Positions 23,950-36,800 of a stretch of 61,982 nt of DNA are shown here, in pieces; position 1 is the stretch's first letter; each line of letters starts with the position of its first letter. The DNA comes from Scyliorhinus canicula (Eukaryota). The DNA lies in NCBI RefSeq assembly GCF_902713615.1, contig NC_052146.1:69397238-69459219 (forward strand), written 5' to 3'. Position numbers and translations under genes: made by a program. A model generated the notes under the pieces. It saw only the letters and a program-made list of their open reading frames with translations. It ran no database searches and had not been told where the DNA came from.

Positions 23950-26707
23950 GCACGCTCGCCAAGACTACGACAACGATCCAGCTCAACGGGCATGAGACAA
24001 AATGCCTACTGGACTCCGAGAGCACGGAAAGTTTCGTCCACCCCGACACGGTAAGACGCTCCCCATCCACCCAGTCAAGCATAAGATCGATTTGGCCTCA
24101 GGTTCGCACTCCGTCCAGATCACCGGGTGCTGCATAGCGGACCTCACGGTCCAGGGGAGGATTTTCAAAAACTACAAACTCCTCATTCTCCCCTGTCTAT
24201 GCGCTCCGGCACTCTTGGGCCTGGATTTCCAGTGCAATCTGCGGAGCTTGACCTTCCAATTCGGCGGCCCTATTCCCCCACTTACTGTTTGCAGCCTCGC
24301 GACCCTCAAAGTGGATCCCCCTTCCTTGTTTGTTAATCACATCCCAGATTGTAAACCAGTCGCCACTAGGAGCAGACGATACAGTGCCCAGGACCGGACC
24401 TTCATCGGGTCCGAGGTCCAGAGGCTCATTAAGGAAGAAGTCATCGAGACCAGCAACAGTCCCTGGCGAGCCCAAGTGCTGGTAGTTTGGACTGGGGAGA
24501 CAAACCGGATGGTCTTTTGTCACAGTCAGCCCATCAACAGGTTTGCGCAGCTGGACGCGTATCCTCTCCCCCGTATTTCCGACCTGGTTAACAGGATCGC
24601 GAAGTACAACGTTTTTTCCATGGTGGATCTTAAGTCTGCCTACCACCAACTCCCCATCCGCGCTAGTGACCGCAAGTACACCGCGCTTGAGGCAGATGGG
24701 CGCCTCTACCACTTCCTCAGGGTTCCATTCAGTGTCACAAATGGGGTCTCGGTCTTCCAGCGGGAGATGGACCGAATGGTCGACAAATACGGTTTACGGG
24801 CTACCTTCCCGTATCTCGATAACGTCACCATCTACGGCCATGACATCAACCTTCAAAAATTCCTCCGAACTGCGAAACTCCTTAATTTAACTTACAATAA
24901 GGATAAGTGCGTGTTTAGCACCAACTGCCTAGCCATCCTCGGCTACGTAGTGCGTAACAGAGTGATAGGCCCCGATCCCAAACGCATGCGTCCCTTGATG
25001 GAACTCCCTATCCCCAACACCCTCAAATCCCTCAAAGGCTGCCTGGGGTTCTTCTCCTGTTACGCCCAGTGGCACTCCAACTACGCTGACAAAGTCCGCC
25101 CCCTCATCCAGTCCACCTCCTTTCCCCTGTCGATGGAGGCCCACCAGGCCTTTAGCCGCATCAAAGCGGATATCGCAAAGGCCACGATGCATGCTATCGA
25201 CGAGTCCCTCCCATTCCAGGTCGAGAGCGACGCGTCTGACATAGCTCTGGCGGCCACCCTGAACCAAGTGGGCAGACCCGTGGCCTTCTTCTCCCGGACC
25301 CTCCACGCTTCCGAAATCTGCCACTCCTCGGTGGAAAAGGAGGCACAGGCCATTGTTGAAGCTGTGCGATATTGGAGGCACTATCTGGCTGGCAGGAAGT
25401 TTACCCTCTTCACAGACCAACGGTCAGTAGCTTTCATGTTCGATAATGCGCAGAGGGGCAAGATCAAGAAAGACAAGATCTTGCGGTGGCGGATTGAGTT
25501 GTCCACGTACAACTACGATATCTTGTATCATCCTGGGAAGCTCAACGAGCCTCCCGATGCTCTATCCTGCGGTACCTGCGCCAGCGCGCAGATTCACCGC
25601 CTCCGCTCCCTCCACACGGACCTCTGCCATCCAGGGGTCACCCGTTTTTACCACTTTATCAAGACCCGCAACCTGCCCTACTCCATTGAGGAAGTCAGGA
25701 CCGTCATCAGGGACTGCCACGTCTGCGCCGAGTGCAAACGGCACTTCTACCGCCCCAAACGAGCGCATCTGATCAAGGCATCCCGCCCCTTCGAATGTCT
25801 CAGTATAGACATCAAGGGTCCCCTCCCCTCCAACAACCGCAACATATATTTCTTGAGTGTTATTGACGAGTACTCCCGCTACCCTTTCGCCATCCCCTGT
25901 CCCGACATGACAACAACAACCGTCATAAAGGCCCTCCTATCCACCTTCTCCCTGTTCGGTTACCCCGCGTACATCCACAGCGACCGGGGGGTCCTCCTTT
26001 ATGAGTGACGAACTGCGTCAATTCCTGCTCAGCAGGGGCATAGCCTCTAGCAGGATGACCAGTTATAACCCCCGGGGTAACGGTCAGGTCGAGCGGGAGA
26101 ATGGCACCATCTGGAAGACCATCCTGCTGGCCCTACGGTCCAGAGATCTCCCTATCCCCCTTTGGGAAGAGGTCATCTCCCAATCCGATCTCTCCTCTGT
26201 ACTACCACTAATCAAACACCTCATGAACGTCTTCTGGTTTTCCCCAGGAAGTCATCCTCAGGATCCCCTCTCCTGACCTGGCTGGCCACCCCCGGGCCCA
26301 CCTTGCTCCGGAAGCATGTGCGGGTGCACAAGTCCGACCCGTTAGTTGAGCGAGTCCAGTTACTCCACGCCAACCCGCAGTATGCATACGTGGAGTATCC
26401 CGACGGTCGGCAGGATACGGTCTCGCTTCGGGACCTGGCACCCGCCGGCGTGCGGCCTTCTCCCCTTACATCAACACCTCCTCCCCAACCCCAATTCCCC
26501 CCAGCGCCCCCTGCACCCCCACGGCCCAGCGCACAGACCCCCTCTTCCCCGATTACAGCGTCTCCACCACAGGCCCGGGGTGCGGAGACACATCTACGAC
26601 CGACGCTCCCGGAGGCAAGGACGACCATCGGCCCGACGTCACTGTCTCCACTGCGACGGTTCTCCAGAACACCACGGGCACCCGACAGGCTGATTGTGTC
26701 CATCTGA
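23950..26707 (+). pseudogene. pol: Gypsy pol (protease, RT, RNase H, integrase), frameshifted
   Basis: LLDSESTESF (protease); YPLPRI, DLKSAYHQ, YLDN (RT); ESDASD, EKEAQAI, TDQRS (RNase H); H-H-C-C, IDEYSRY, SDRG, GQVERENG (integrase). Confidence 0.93.
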
Positions 26708-27194
26708 TGCAACCATGGGACTTTATTGGACTCTATTGTAACATTTTTTTGCATCCTACTGTATTTAGTTTTGTTAATTTTGCCACGTGCCATTGGGCAG
26801 CCCCCATCTTCTCGATTATCTCTACTCAAAGCACCAGTCCTCGCCCCCCCCCTCTCTCTCTTCCCTTTAAAACACCCCCCGCCTTCTTTCTCCACAAGGG
26901 GTGAATGTGGTGGTATGAATGGGAGCACTGCCATTGGTGCAGAGCATTGGTTTCCCACTGGCTCTGGCTGGTCATGTGCCTCTCGTCTGATTGGCTGGGA
27001 CTAGTCATGTGACTGCTCACCAATTGGTCGCGAGGCTAGTAGACCCCGCCTCCAAGGTGGGGTATAAGTACCCAGAGTTCCCGGCGGTCGGCCTTTCTCT
27101 GTAGTCGACCACCGGGCTAACAACTAGCTGATTAAAGCCTAAGTTTGGACCTTCATCGTGCCTCGCGTCCAATTGATGGTACATCAGAGAACAT

Positions 27195-27372
27195 TGGCGG
27201 CATTCTCCCCTACCCAGCTGGGCGGGGCCCCCGGCGTAGGGGAGTGGCGCCAACCACTCCGGCGTTGGGCCTCCCCAAAGGTGTGCAATTCTCCGCACCT
27301 TTGGGGGCTAGGCCCGCACCAGAGCCGTTGGCAGCACGTCGAGTGGCGCAAAAACCGGCACCAGTGGCCTTT
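27195..27372. mobile_element. Truncated Harbinger-MITE left end
   Basis: Begins tggcggcattctcc, similar to the MITE TIR. No right TIR before the GA/GT array. Confidence 0.5.
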
Positions 27373-30300
27373 CAGAGTGTGTGTGAGAGATGAGAGTGTG
27401 TGTCAGAGAGATGAGTCTGTGTGAGTGATGAGAGTGTGTGTGAGTGAGATGAGTGTGTGTGTGTGAGGGAGATGAGAGTGTGTGCGAGAGAGAAGAGTAT
27501 GTGTGTGAGAGAGATGAGAGTGTGTGTGAGATAATAGCGTGTGCGTGAGAGAGATAAGAGTGTGTGTGTGAGAGATGAGTGTGTGCGAGAGAGAAGAGTA
27601 TGTATGTGAGATGAGAGATGAGAGTGTGTGTGAGAGAGATGAGAGGGTGTGTGTGAGAGATAAGAGTGTGTGTAAGAGATGAGATTGTGTGTGAGAGAGA
27701 TGAGTCTGTGTGTGAGGGAGATGAGTGTGCACAAGAGAGAAGAGTATGTGTGTGTGTGAGAGAGATGAGAGTGTGTGCAAGAGAGAAGAGTATGTGTGTG
27801 TGTGAGAGAGATGAGAGTGTGTGCAAGAGAGAAGAGTATGTGTGTGTGTGAGAGATGAGAGTGTGTGTGTGAGGAGTGAGAATGTATCTGTGAGAGATGA
27901 GAGTATGTTTGCGATAGATGAGAGCGTGTGTTTGAGGGATGAGAGTGTGTGTGAGATGAGAGTGTGTGTGTGAGGAATGAGAATGTGTCTGTGAGAGATG
28001 ACAGTATGTTTGAGATAGACGAGAGTGTGTGTGTGAGAGATGAGTGTGCGCGAGAGAAGAGTATGTGTGTGAGAGAGATGAGAGCGTGTGTGTGAGAGAT
28101 GAGTGTGTGTGTCTGAGAGAGATGAGAGCATGTGTATGAGAGAGATGAGTGTGTGTGTGAGAGATGAGAGTGTGTGTGAGAGAGATGAGAGTATGTTTGA
28201 GATAGATGAGAGCGTGTGTTTGAGGGATGAGAGTGTGTGTGAGATGAGAGTGTGTGTGTGAGGAATGAGAATGTGTCTGTGAGAGATGACAGTATGTTTG
28301 AGATAGACGAGAGTGTGTGTGTGAGAGATGAGTGTGCGCGAGAGAAGAGTATGTGTGTGAGAGAGATGAGAGCGTGTGTGTGAGAGATGAGTGTGTGTGT
28401 CTGAGAGAGATGAGAGCATGTGTGTGAGAGAGATGAGTGTGTGTGTGAGAGAGATGAGAGTGTGTGTGAGAGAGATGAGAGTGTGTGTGAGAGAGATGAG
28501 TGTGTGTGAGAGAGATGAGAGTGTGTGTGAGAGATGAGAGTGTGTGTGAGAGAGATGAGAGCATGTGTGTGAGTGAGGTGCGAGTATGTGTGAGAGAGAT
28601 GAGAGTGTGTGTGAGAGATGAGTTTGTGTGTGAGAGAGGTGAGAGTGTGTGTGAGAGAGATGAGTGTGTGTGTGAGAGAGAAGAGTATGTGTGTGAGATG
28701 AGAGCGTGTGTGTGAGAGAGATGAGAGTGTGTGTGAGGGAGATGAGAGCGTGTGTGAATGAGATGAGTGTGTGTGCGAGAGAGAAGAGTATGTATGTGTG
28801 AGAGAGATGAGAGTGTTTGTGAGAGAGATGAGCGCGTGTGTGTGAGATGAGAGTGTGTGCAAGAGGGAAGAGTATGTATGTGAAAGTGATGAGTGATGAG
28901 AGTGTGTGTGAAAGAGATGAGAGGGTGTGTGTGTGAGAGATAAGAGTGTGTGTAAGAGATGAGATTGTGTGTGAGAGAGATGAGAGCGTGTGAGAGAGAT
29001 GAGTCTGTTTGTGAGAGAGATGAGTGTGTGCAAGAGAGAAGAGTATGTGTGTGTGTGAGAGAGATGAGAGTGTGTGTGTGAGGAGTGAGAATGTATCTGT
29101 GAGAGATGAGAGTATGTTTGAGATAGATGAGAGCGTGTGTGTGAGAGAGATGAGTATGTGTGTGAGAGAGATGAGTGCGTGCAAGAGAGAAGAGTATATA
29201 TGTGTGTGAGAGAGATGAGAGTGTGTGTGTGAGGAGTGAGAATGTATCTGTGAGAGATGAGAGTATGTTTGAGATAGATGAGAGCGTGTGTGTGAGGGAT
29301 GAGAGTGTGTGTGTGAGAGATGAGAGTGAATGTGTGTGTATGAGAGATGAGAGTGTGTGTGTGAGATGAAAGTGTGTGTATCGGATGAAAGTGTGTGTGT
29401 GGGATGAAAATGTGTATGTGGGATGAGAACGTATGTGTGAGCGATGAGATTGTGTGTGTGGGAGATGAGATTGTGTGTGTGTGGGAGATGAGAGTGTGTG
29501 TGAGAAATGAGAGTGCGTGTGAGATGAATGTGTGTGTGGGATGAGAACGTATGTCTGAGAGATGAGAGTGTGTGTGTGGGATGAAAGTGTGTGTGTGGGA
29601 TGAGAACGTATGTCTGAGGGATGAGATTGTGTGTGTGGGAGATGAGATTGTGTGTGTGTGTGAGATGAGAGTGTGTGTGAGAGAAATGAGAGTGTGTGTG
29701 TGAGAGTTGACAGTATGTTTGAGAGGGATGAGAGAGTGTGTGACAGACAAGAGTGTGTGTGAGAGAAATGAGAGTGTATGTGAGAGAAATGCGAGTGTAT
29801 GTGTGAGGGATGAGAATGCGTGTGTGAGAGATGAGAGTGTGTGAGAGATGAGTGTGTGCAAGAGAGAAGAGTATGTGTGTGTGAGACATGAGAGCGTGTG
29901 TGTGAATGAGATGAGAATGTGTGTGAGAGAGATGAGTCTGTGTGTGAGAGAGATGAGAGCGTGTGTGTGTGAGAGATGAGTATGTGTGTGTGAGATGAGA
30001 GTATGTGTGAGAGAGATGAGTCTGTGTGTGAGAGAGGAGTCTGTGTGTGAGAGAGATGAGTCTCTGTGTGTGAGACATGAGAGTGTGTGTGTGGATGAGA
30101 TGAGAATGTGTGTGAGGGAGATGAGAGTGTGTGTGTGAGAGAGATGAGTGTGTGCAAGAGAGATGAGTATGTGTGTGTGAGATGAAAGTATGTGCGCGAG
30201 AGATGAGTCTGTGTGTGAGAGAGATGAATCTGTGTGAGAGAGATGAGAGTGTGTGTGAGAGAGATGAGCCTGTGTGTGAGTGATGAGAGCATGTGTGTGA

Positions 30301-33122
30301 GAGAGATGAGAGCATGTGTGTGAGAGATGAGAATGTGTGTGAGAGATGAGAATGTGTGTGAGAGATGAGTGTGCATGTGAAAGAGAAATGAGTGCGTGTG
30401 AATGATATGAGAGTAAGTGAACGTGTGAGAGAATTGAGAGTGAGATGGGTGTGAGATAGAGATGAGGGTGTGCGAGTGTGGGAGAGATAAAAGTGAGCGA
30501 GAGAGATGGGAAAGCAAGTGAGAGAGATAAGAGTATGCGAGTCTATGTGTGCGAGAAAGATGAGATGAAGTATATGGATGTGAGAGAGGGAGATGAGGAT
30601 GTATGTATGTGAGAGATTGGAGTGAGTGTGTATGAGAAAGATGTGTGTGTGAGAGAGATGAGAGTGAATGTGCGTATGTGTGAGAGATGAGTGAGTGAGG
30701 ATGTGTGCGCAAGAGATGAGTGAGTGTGTGAGAGAGGTGAGTGTGTGAGATGAGAATGAATGTCTCTAGATGTAAGAGGTGAATGAGGATGTGAGTGAGC
30801 GTTATGAGTGAATGTGTGAGAATGGTGGGTGTGGAAGATGAGAGTGAATGTGTGTATATGTGAGAGATGAGTGAGTTAGAATGTGTGTTAGAGAGATGAG
30901 TGATGTGTACACATGAAAGAGAGATGAGAATGAGTGGGTGTTTGTGTGAGGAAGATGAGAGAGTAAGTGTGTGCATGTGTGTGAGAGAGGGAGATGAGGA
31001 TTTATGCGTGTGTAAGAGATTGGAGTGAGTGTTTTTTGTGCGTAAAGTAAGTGAGTGTGTGAGAAAGATGATTGTGTGAGAGAGATGAGAGTGTGTGTGA
31101 AAGAGATGAATGTGTGTGAAAGAGATGAGTGTGTGTGTGAGATAAGTGAGCGTGTGTGAGAGAGGTGGGTATTATGTGTGAGATGAGAGTGTGTGAGAAA
31201 TATGAGAGTGAGCATGTGTGTGAGACAGATAAGAGTGAGCGAGTGTATGTGAGAGAGGTTAGAGTGAGTGTGTGGGAGGGCGAGTGATAGTGTATATGCA
31301 AGGTGAGTCTGTGAGAAAGCGATGAGAGTGTGTGTGAGAGATGAGAACATGTGAGAGATGACAATAAATGATAGTGTGTGTGAGAGAGATGCGAGTGTGT
31401 GTGTTGAGATGAGAGTGTGTGGGCGAGAGAGATGAGAGTGTGTGAGTGAGAGATGAGAGCATGTGTGTGAGAGAGATGAGAGCGTGTGTGTGACAGAGAT
31501 GAGAGCATGTGTGTGAGATGAGAATGTGTGAGATGAGAATGTGTGTATGTGAGAGACGAGAATGTGTGTGAGAGATGAGAATGTGTGTGAGAGATGAGTG
31601 TGCATGTGAAAGAGAATGAGTGTGTGTGAATGAGATGAGAGTAAGTGAACGTGTGAGAGAATTGAGAGTGAGATGGGTGTGAGATAGAGATGAGGGTGTG
31701 CGAGTGTGGGAGAGATAAAAGTGAGCGAGAGAGATGGGAAAGCAAGTGTGAGAGAGATAAGAGTATGCGAGTCTATGTGTGCGAGAAAGATGAGATGAAG
31801 TATATGGATGTGAGAGAGGGAGATGAGGATGTATGTATGTGAGAGATTGGAGTGAGTGTGTATGAGAAAGATGTGTGTGTGAGAGAGATGAGAGTGAATG
31901 TGCGTATGTGTGAGAGATGAGTGAGTGAGGATGTGTGCGCGAGAGATGAGTGAGTGTGTGAGAGAGGTGAATGTGTGAGATGAGAATGAATGTCTCTAGA
32001 TGTAAGAGGTGAATGAGGATGTGAGTGAGCGAGATGAGTGAATGTGTGAGAATGGTGGGTGTGGAAGATGAGAGTGAATGTGTGTATATGTGAGATGAGT
32101 GAGTTAGAATGTGTGTTAGAGAGATGAGTGATGTGTACACATGAAAGAGAGATGAGAATGAGTGGGTGTTTGTGTGAGGAAGATGAGAGAGTAAGTGTGT
32201 GCGTGTGTGTGAGAGAGGGAGATGAGGGTTTATGCGTCTGTAAGAGATTGGAGTGAGTGTTTTTTGTGAGTAAAGTAAGTGAGTGTGTGAGAAAGATGAT
32301 TGTGTGAGAGAGATGAGAGTGTGTGTGAAAGAGATGAATGTGTGTGAAAGAGATGAGTGTGTGTGAGATAAGTGAGTGTGTGTGAGATAAGTGAGCGTGT
32401 GTGAGAGAGGTGGGTATTATGTGTGAGATGAGAGTGTGTGAGAGAAATATGAGAGTGAGCATGTGTGTGAGACAGATAAGAGTGAGCGAGTGTATGTGAG
32501 AGAGGTTAGAGTGAGTGTGTGGGAGGAGGGCGAGTGATAGTGTATATGCAAGATGAGTCTGTGAGAAAGGGATGAGAGTGTGCGTGAGAGATGAGAACAT
32601 GTGAGAGATGACAATAAATGGTAGTGTGTGTGAGAGAGATGCGAGTGTGTGTGTTGAGATGAGAGTGTGTGTGCGAGAGAGATGAGAGTGTGTGAGATGA
32701 AAACGTGTGTGTGTGTGATGAAACGTCTGTGTGAGAGATGAGAACGTGTTTGAGAGATGAGAGTGAGTGAGCATGTTGGAGAAGTGAGTGAGAAAAATGA
32801 GTGTGTGTGTGAAAGAAAAATAAATTTGTGTAAGATCAGAGTAAGCAAACGTGTGAGGGAGATGAAAGTGAGTGAGAGATGAGACTGAGTGTGTGAGAGA
32901 TGAGAGTGAGTGAGTGTGTGGGAGAGGCGAGAGTGAGTGAGTGTGTGGGAAAATGAGTGTGAAAGAGAGATGAGTGTGTGCGTGAGATGAAGGTAAGCAA
33001 GTGTGAGAGAGATGAGAGCTAGCGAGTGTGAGAGAGATGAGGGTGAGTGCAAGAGAGAGATTAAGGTGAGCAAGTGTGTGTGAGATAAGTGAGTGTGTGT
33101 GTGCCTGCAGGAGAGATGAGAG
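27373..33122. repeat. 5.7-kb degenerate (GA)n/(GT)n low-complexity array
   Basis: Units about gagagatgagagtgtgtgt; plus strand is C-poor. A similar short tract lies at 21700-21845, left of the Gypsy. Confidence 0.95.
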
Positions 33123-33565
33123 TGCATTCAATGTGAGGAATTTATCTTTATATTTTATTACATGTATTTATTGCAATAATGTTTTAAATCCTGTGTTAGG
33201 ATGTGGTTATATCTGTTGCAGCAGTATTTTTAAATTCCTGGAAAATAGACAAATAGACTTTGTGGCTGTAGAAAGTTCAGTTAAGATGTCGTCAAATGCT
33301 GCTGAAGCAATTTGGGGCTTTTTTGGGGTATAAATTAAATTTGGAGAAATATTTGGAGAAAAGCGAGTATTTCCTGGTTATCCAACCCGTGTTGGAGTCA
33401 TATTTGGGACGTTATCATTTTGTCTGACGGGTTCCAGTTTTCAAAACTTAGGAAATTTAACTTCACGTGTCTGGTAAACAGAGTAAAAGCAGATTTGCAG
33501 AGATGGAATAACCTTCCTCTGTCCTTCACTGGCTGAATCCAGTCGGTAAAAATGAATGTCCCTTT

Positions 33566-33828
33566 TGTGAGGGCCACGAAGAATCCAACATTAGTTGAAG
33601 GATAGAAATAAATAACATTTATTTACAATAACATATATAGACACAACAGCAGCAACAACTCCCTTGCTGCTCACTCCTCTCTAGCTGGTTCCAAACTGGC
33701 CAGCTTTATTTATGCTGGGAATCTGCTAATGATTTCTCCCCCCACCCTCACTGGGGAAGCTCATACTCGCAAAGGATTGTGGGATTGCCATTAGTCTCCA
33801 GCCAGTGGTAAGCAGGCAGGTTATAACA
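33566..33828 (-). mobile_element. 3' LTR of a second Gypsy element
   Basis: TG...CA ends on the minus strand (tgttataacc...gccctcaca), preceded by the PPT gtgggggaggga (33829-33840). Confidence 0.8.
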
Positions 33829-36800
33829 TCCCTCCCCCACAAAGTCGAAGGAATCCACCGAAGACCCTGGCGAAGGAAGGGGTCAGACTCATTTTGCCGC
33901 AGGCCGGACACCATTTGCACAAGGCGCTGGATCGGGAAGCGTGTAACGAGACGGAGAACGGCGCTTCCGTGATGAACGGCGTAACGGTTGTACATCCATG
34001 GCCCGTGGGCCTGAGGACTTCCCCTCTGAGGTGTCTTGTGTCTCCATCTCTGAGTCGGAGTCCGCTGCCTCCGTCATCTCGGCGTCTTTATGTCCACGCA
34101 GTTCTGCAAAGACCTGCGCAGGCTTTGAGTGCAGCACCAGAGGAAGATTGTGAGGAATACTCTCCACTGTGTCTGGTCTCTGTGGCTGTAGAAATGAGCT
34201 CCGGGGGTGGGGAATCTTTGGAAGCGATGGCCTTCTGGACCGAACATGGTGTACATGCTTGCACTGGAGACGACTCTGGGCTTGCACCTGGTAAGAGATA
34301 GGGCCCGTTCGGCAAAAGATAATGCCAGGAACCCACTGGGCACCACCAGCAAAATTGTGAATGAACACTGGGTCACCGGGCGCAAACTGCCGAATCGGCT
34401 GATGCTGAGAAAAACCATGTCCCTGCCGTTCTTGTGTGCTGCGTACTTTTGCGCCAATGTCCGGGAAAACCATGCTAAGGCGGGTGCAAAGTCTCCGGCC
34501 CATTAGGAGTTCCGCGGGAGCTACCCCAGTCACTGCATGTGGAGTGGTCCTATATGAAAACAAAAAACGAGCCTGTCTCGTGTCCATTGACCCGGAAGAC
34601 TGCTTCTTTAGGCCTCGTTTGAATGTCTGCACTGCGCGCTCCGCAAACCCATTGGAAGCCGGAGGGTATGGAGCAGTGCAGATATGGCGTATGCCGTTCA
34701 TCTTCATGAACCTCGCAAACTCCTCACATGTGAACGGATTGCCGTTGTCCGTGACCAGCACCTCGGGGAGGCCATGCGTACTGAAAGACAAACGCATCTT
34801 CTCGATTGTTGTGCAGGACGTTGTGCCTACCATCTTATGCACCTCGAGCCATTTAGACTGGGCATCGATTAATAGAAGATACATGGATCCTTGAAAAGGG
34901 CCAGCAAAATCCACATGCAAGCGTGCCCAAGGCTGCCCTGGCCATTCCCAGTGATGTAGGGGCACGGCCGGCGGAAGCTTCTGATGCTCCTGGCAATTGG
35001 AGCAGTTTTGGGCCACCTTCTGAATGTCGGTGTTGAGGCCTGGCCACCAGATATAACTCCGGGCCAACGTTTTCATTTTGGTCACACCCGGATGCCATTG
35101 TGCAAGTCCCTTAGTATCAGCTCCTGTCCTTTTTCCAGGACAATCACACACGTCCCCCACAAGAGGATACCGTCTTCCACGCTAAATTTTGACAGCTTGG
35201 AGGAAAATGCCCGCAACTCGTCTGGGAGCTGTCTATGCTGCCCACCATACAGGACTATGTGCCGAACCTTTGACAGGACTGGCTCCTTCTGAGTCCACTC
35301 ACATATCTGTGATGTCGTGACAGGCAAGGAGTCCATAAAATTTAGGGTTGCAACCACCTACCGGTCGTGGGGGTCGACATGGGGCCGGTCGATAAAGGCA
35401 ATCGGCTCAGTGCGTCAGCATTCCCTATCTGGGTTACTGGTTTGTGCTCCAGAGAACTCGTATGCAGCGAGCAACAAAGCCCAGCGCTGGATCCGTGTGG
35501 AAGCAATGGGCGGTATTGGCTTATCCTCTCTGAAAAGCCCCAGCAGAGGCTTATGATCTGTCACGATAGTGAAGTGGCTGCCATACACATACTGGTGGAA
35601 GCGTTTCACCGCAAAGACTACCGCCAGGCCCTCCTTCGGTATCTGCGCGTACTTCTTTTCCGCTGCAGTCAATGTGCGGGACGCGAAAGCTGTCGGCCGC
35701 TCATCCCCATTCTCCATCTTGTGGGACAGGGCGACCCCAATACCATACGGGGATGCATCACACGTGATGAGCAAAGGCTTTCCAGGATCATAGTGGGTTA
35801 GTAACCCAGACGACGACAATTGTTGTTTTACCTGCCGGAAAGCGGTTTCTTGAGGCTGACCCCAAACCCAGGTGCGATTCTTCTTTAGCAGGAGGTGCAA
35901 TGGGGCCAGCGTAGTTGCCAGATTGGGGAGTGATGGAACCATCAATTCACGAGACACGTGCTTTCAGATATGAACAGTGGTTTTAGTCTACTTACTTCAG
36001 AGCCAGCCTGTTACCCGTTGAACTCTCGATGAACTCAGGCTGGCTCTGAACACGGTTATTTATACAGCAGTCTAGGGGGAGGAGTCATGGGCGGAGCCAA
36101 GGGTGGAGCCCTGTACAAACTCCTGAGCATTCCCAGAGCTACTCCCCCTAGTGGTCGGATAATGCTACTGCGCTTACAATAGTATTGGTAAATACAGTGT
36201 GAATTACTAAGTGACATTCACCACAGGGAGGAACTTCCCGTAATAGTTTATGAGGCTGAGAAAAGAACAAAGATGCGAAGTGTCAGTCGGGGCGGGGGCA
36301 TGTTGAATCGCATGCACCTTGCCTGCGACGGGGTGCAAATCTTTGCGGTCCACCCGATAACCCAGGTAGACTACTTCCTTTGCCTGAAAGATGCACTTTG
36401 TGCGATGTAAACGGACTCCAGCCTCTGAAAAGCGTCTAAGGACAGCCTCCAAATTTTCCAAATGTGCCTGCTCCGACATCCCTGTAATCAAAACGTTGTC
36501 CAAGTAGACAGCGGCATGCGGCAAACCTCTCAAGATGGCCTCCATGATGCGTTGAAAAATAGCGCAGGCAGAGGATACCCCAAAGGGCAACTGTGTATAA
36601 TCATACAGTCCCCGGTGTGTATTAATAGTTACATATGACTGGGAGGCAGGGTCCAGCTCCAACTGTAGGTAGGCGTGACTCATACGTAATTTCGTGAATG
36701 AGAGTCTGCCTGCAAGTTTCGCGTAGAGATCCTCTGTGCGAGGCATTGGACATCGGTCGAGCCTGGAAACCGTATTCACTGTAAGTTTATAGTCGCAGCT
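33829..36800 (-). pseudogene. pol: Second Gypsy pol remnant (RT, RNase H, integrase), 5' half missing
   Basis: RT (PMPRTEDL, LPFGVSSA, YLDN); RNase H (TCDASPYG, TDHKPL); integrase (HPG...CSNC, HVDFAGP, VTDNG, ERAVQTFK, GPISY). Confidence 0.92.
35931..36225 (-). mobile_element. Solo LTR (295 bp) inserted in the second Gypsy's RT
   Basis: tgtggtgaat...tgatggttccatca ends; 5-bp TSD GGGAG (35926-35930, 36226-36230); splits YYGKFLP|NLATTLAP. Confidence 0.9.

Larger units (their letters stand above)
21846..27186 (+). mobile_element. Full-length decayed Gypsy/Ty3 LTR retrotransposon (Mag-like)
   Basis: Two 281-bp TG...CA LTRs (21846-22126, 26906-27186); 5-bp TSD GAGAA (21841-21845, 27187-27191); PPT aaggggtgaa (26896-26905); gag-pro-RT-RH-IN order. 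Confidence 0.95.

Noticed and set aside
27308-33131. His/Thr/Leu/Ser-rich ORFs up to 1222 aa
   Set aside because: Reverse complement of GA/GT low-complexity DNA, which lacks stop codons by composition; open in all three frames.
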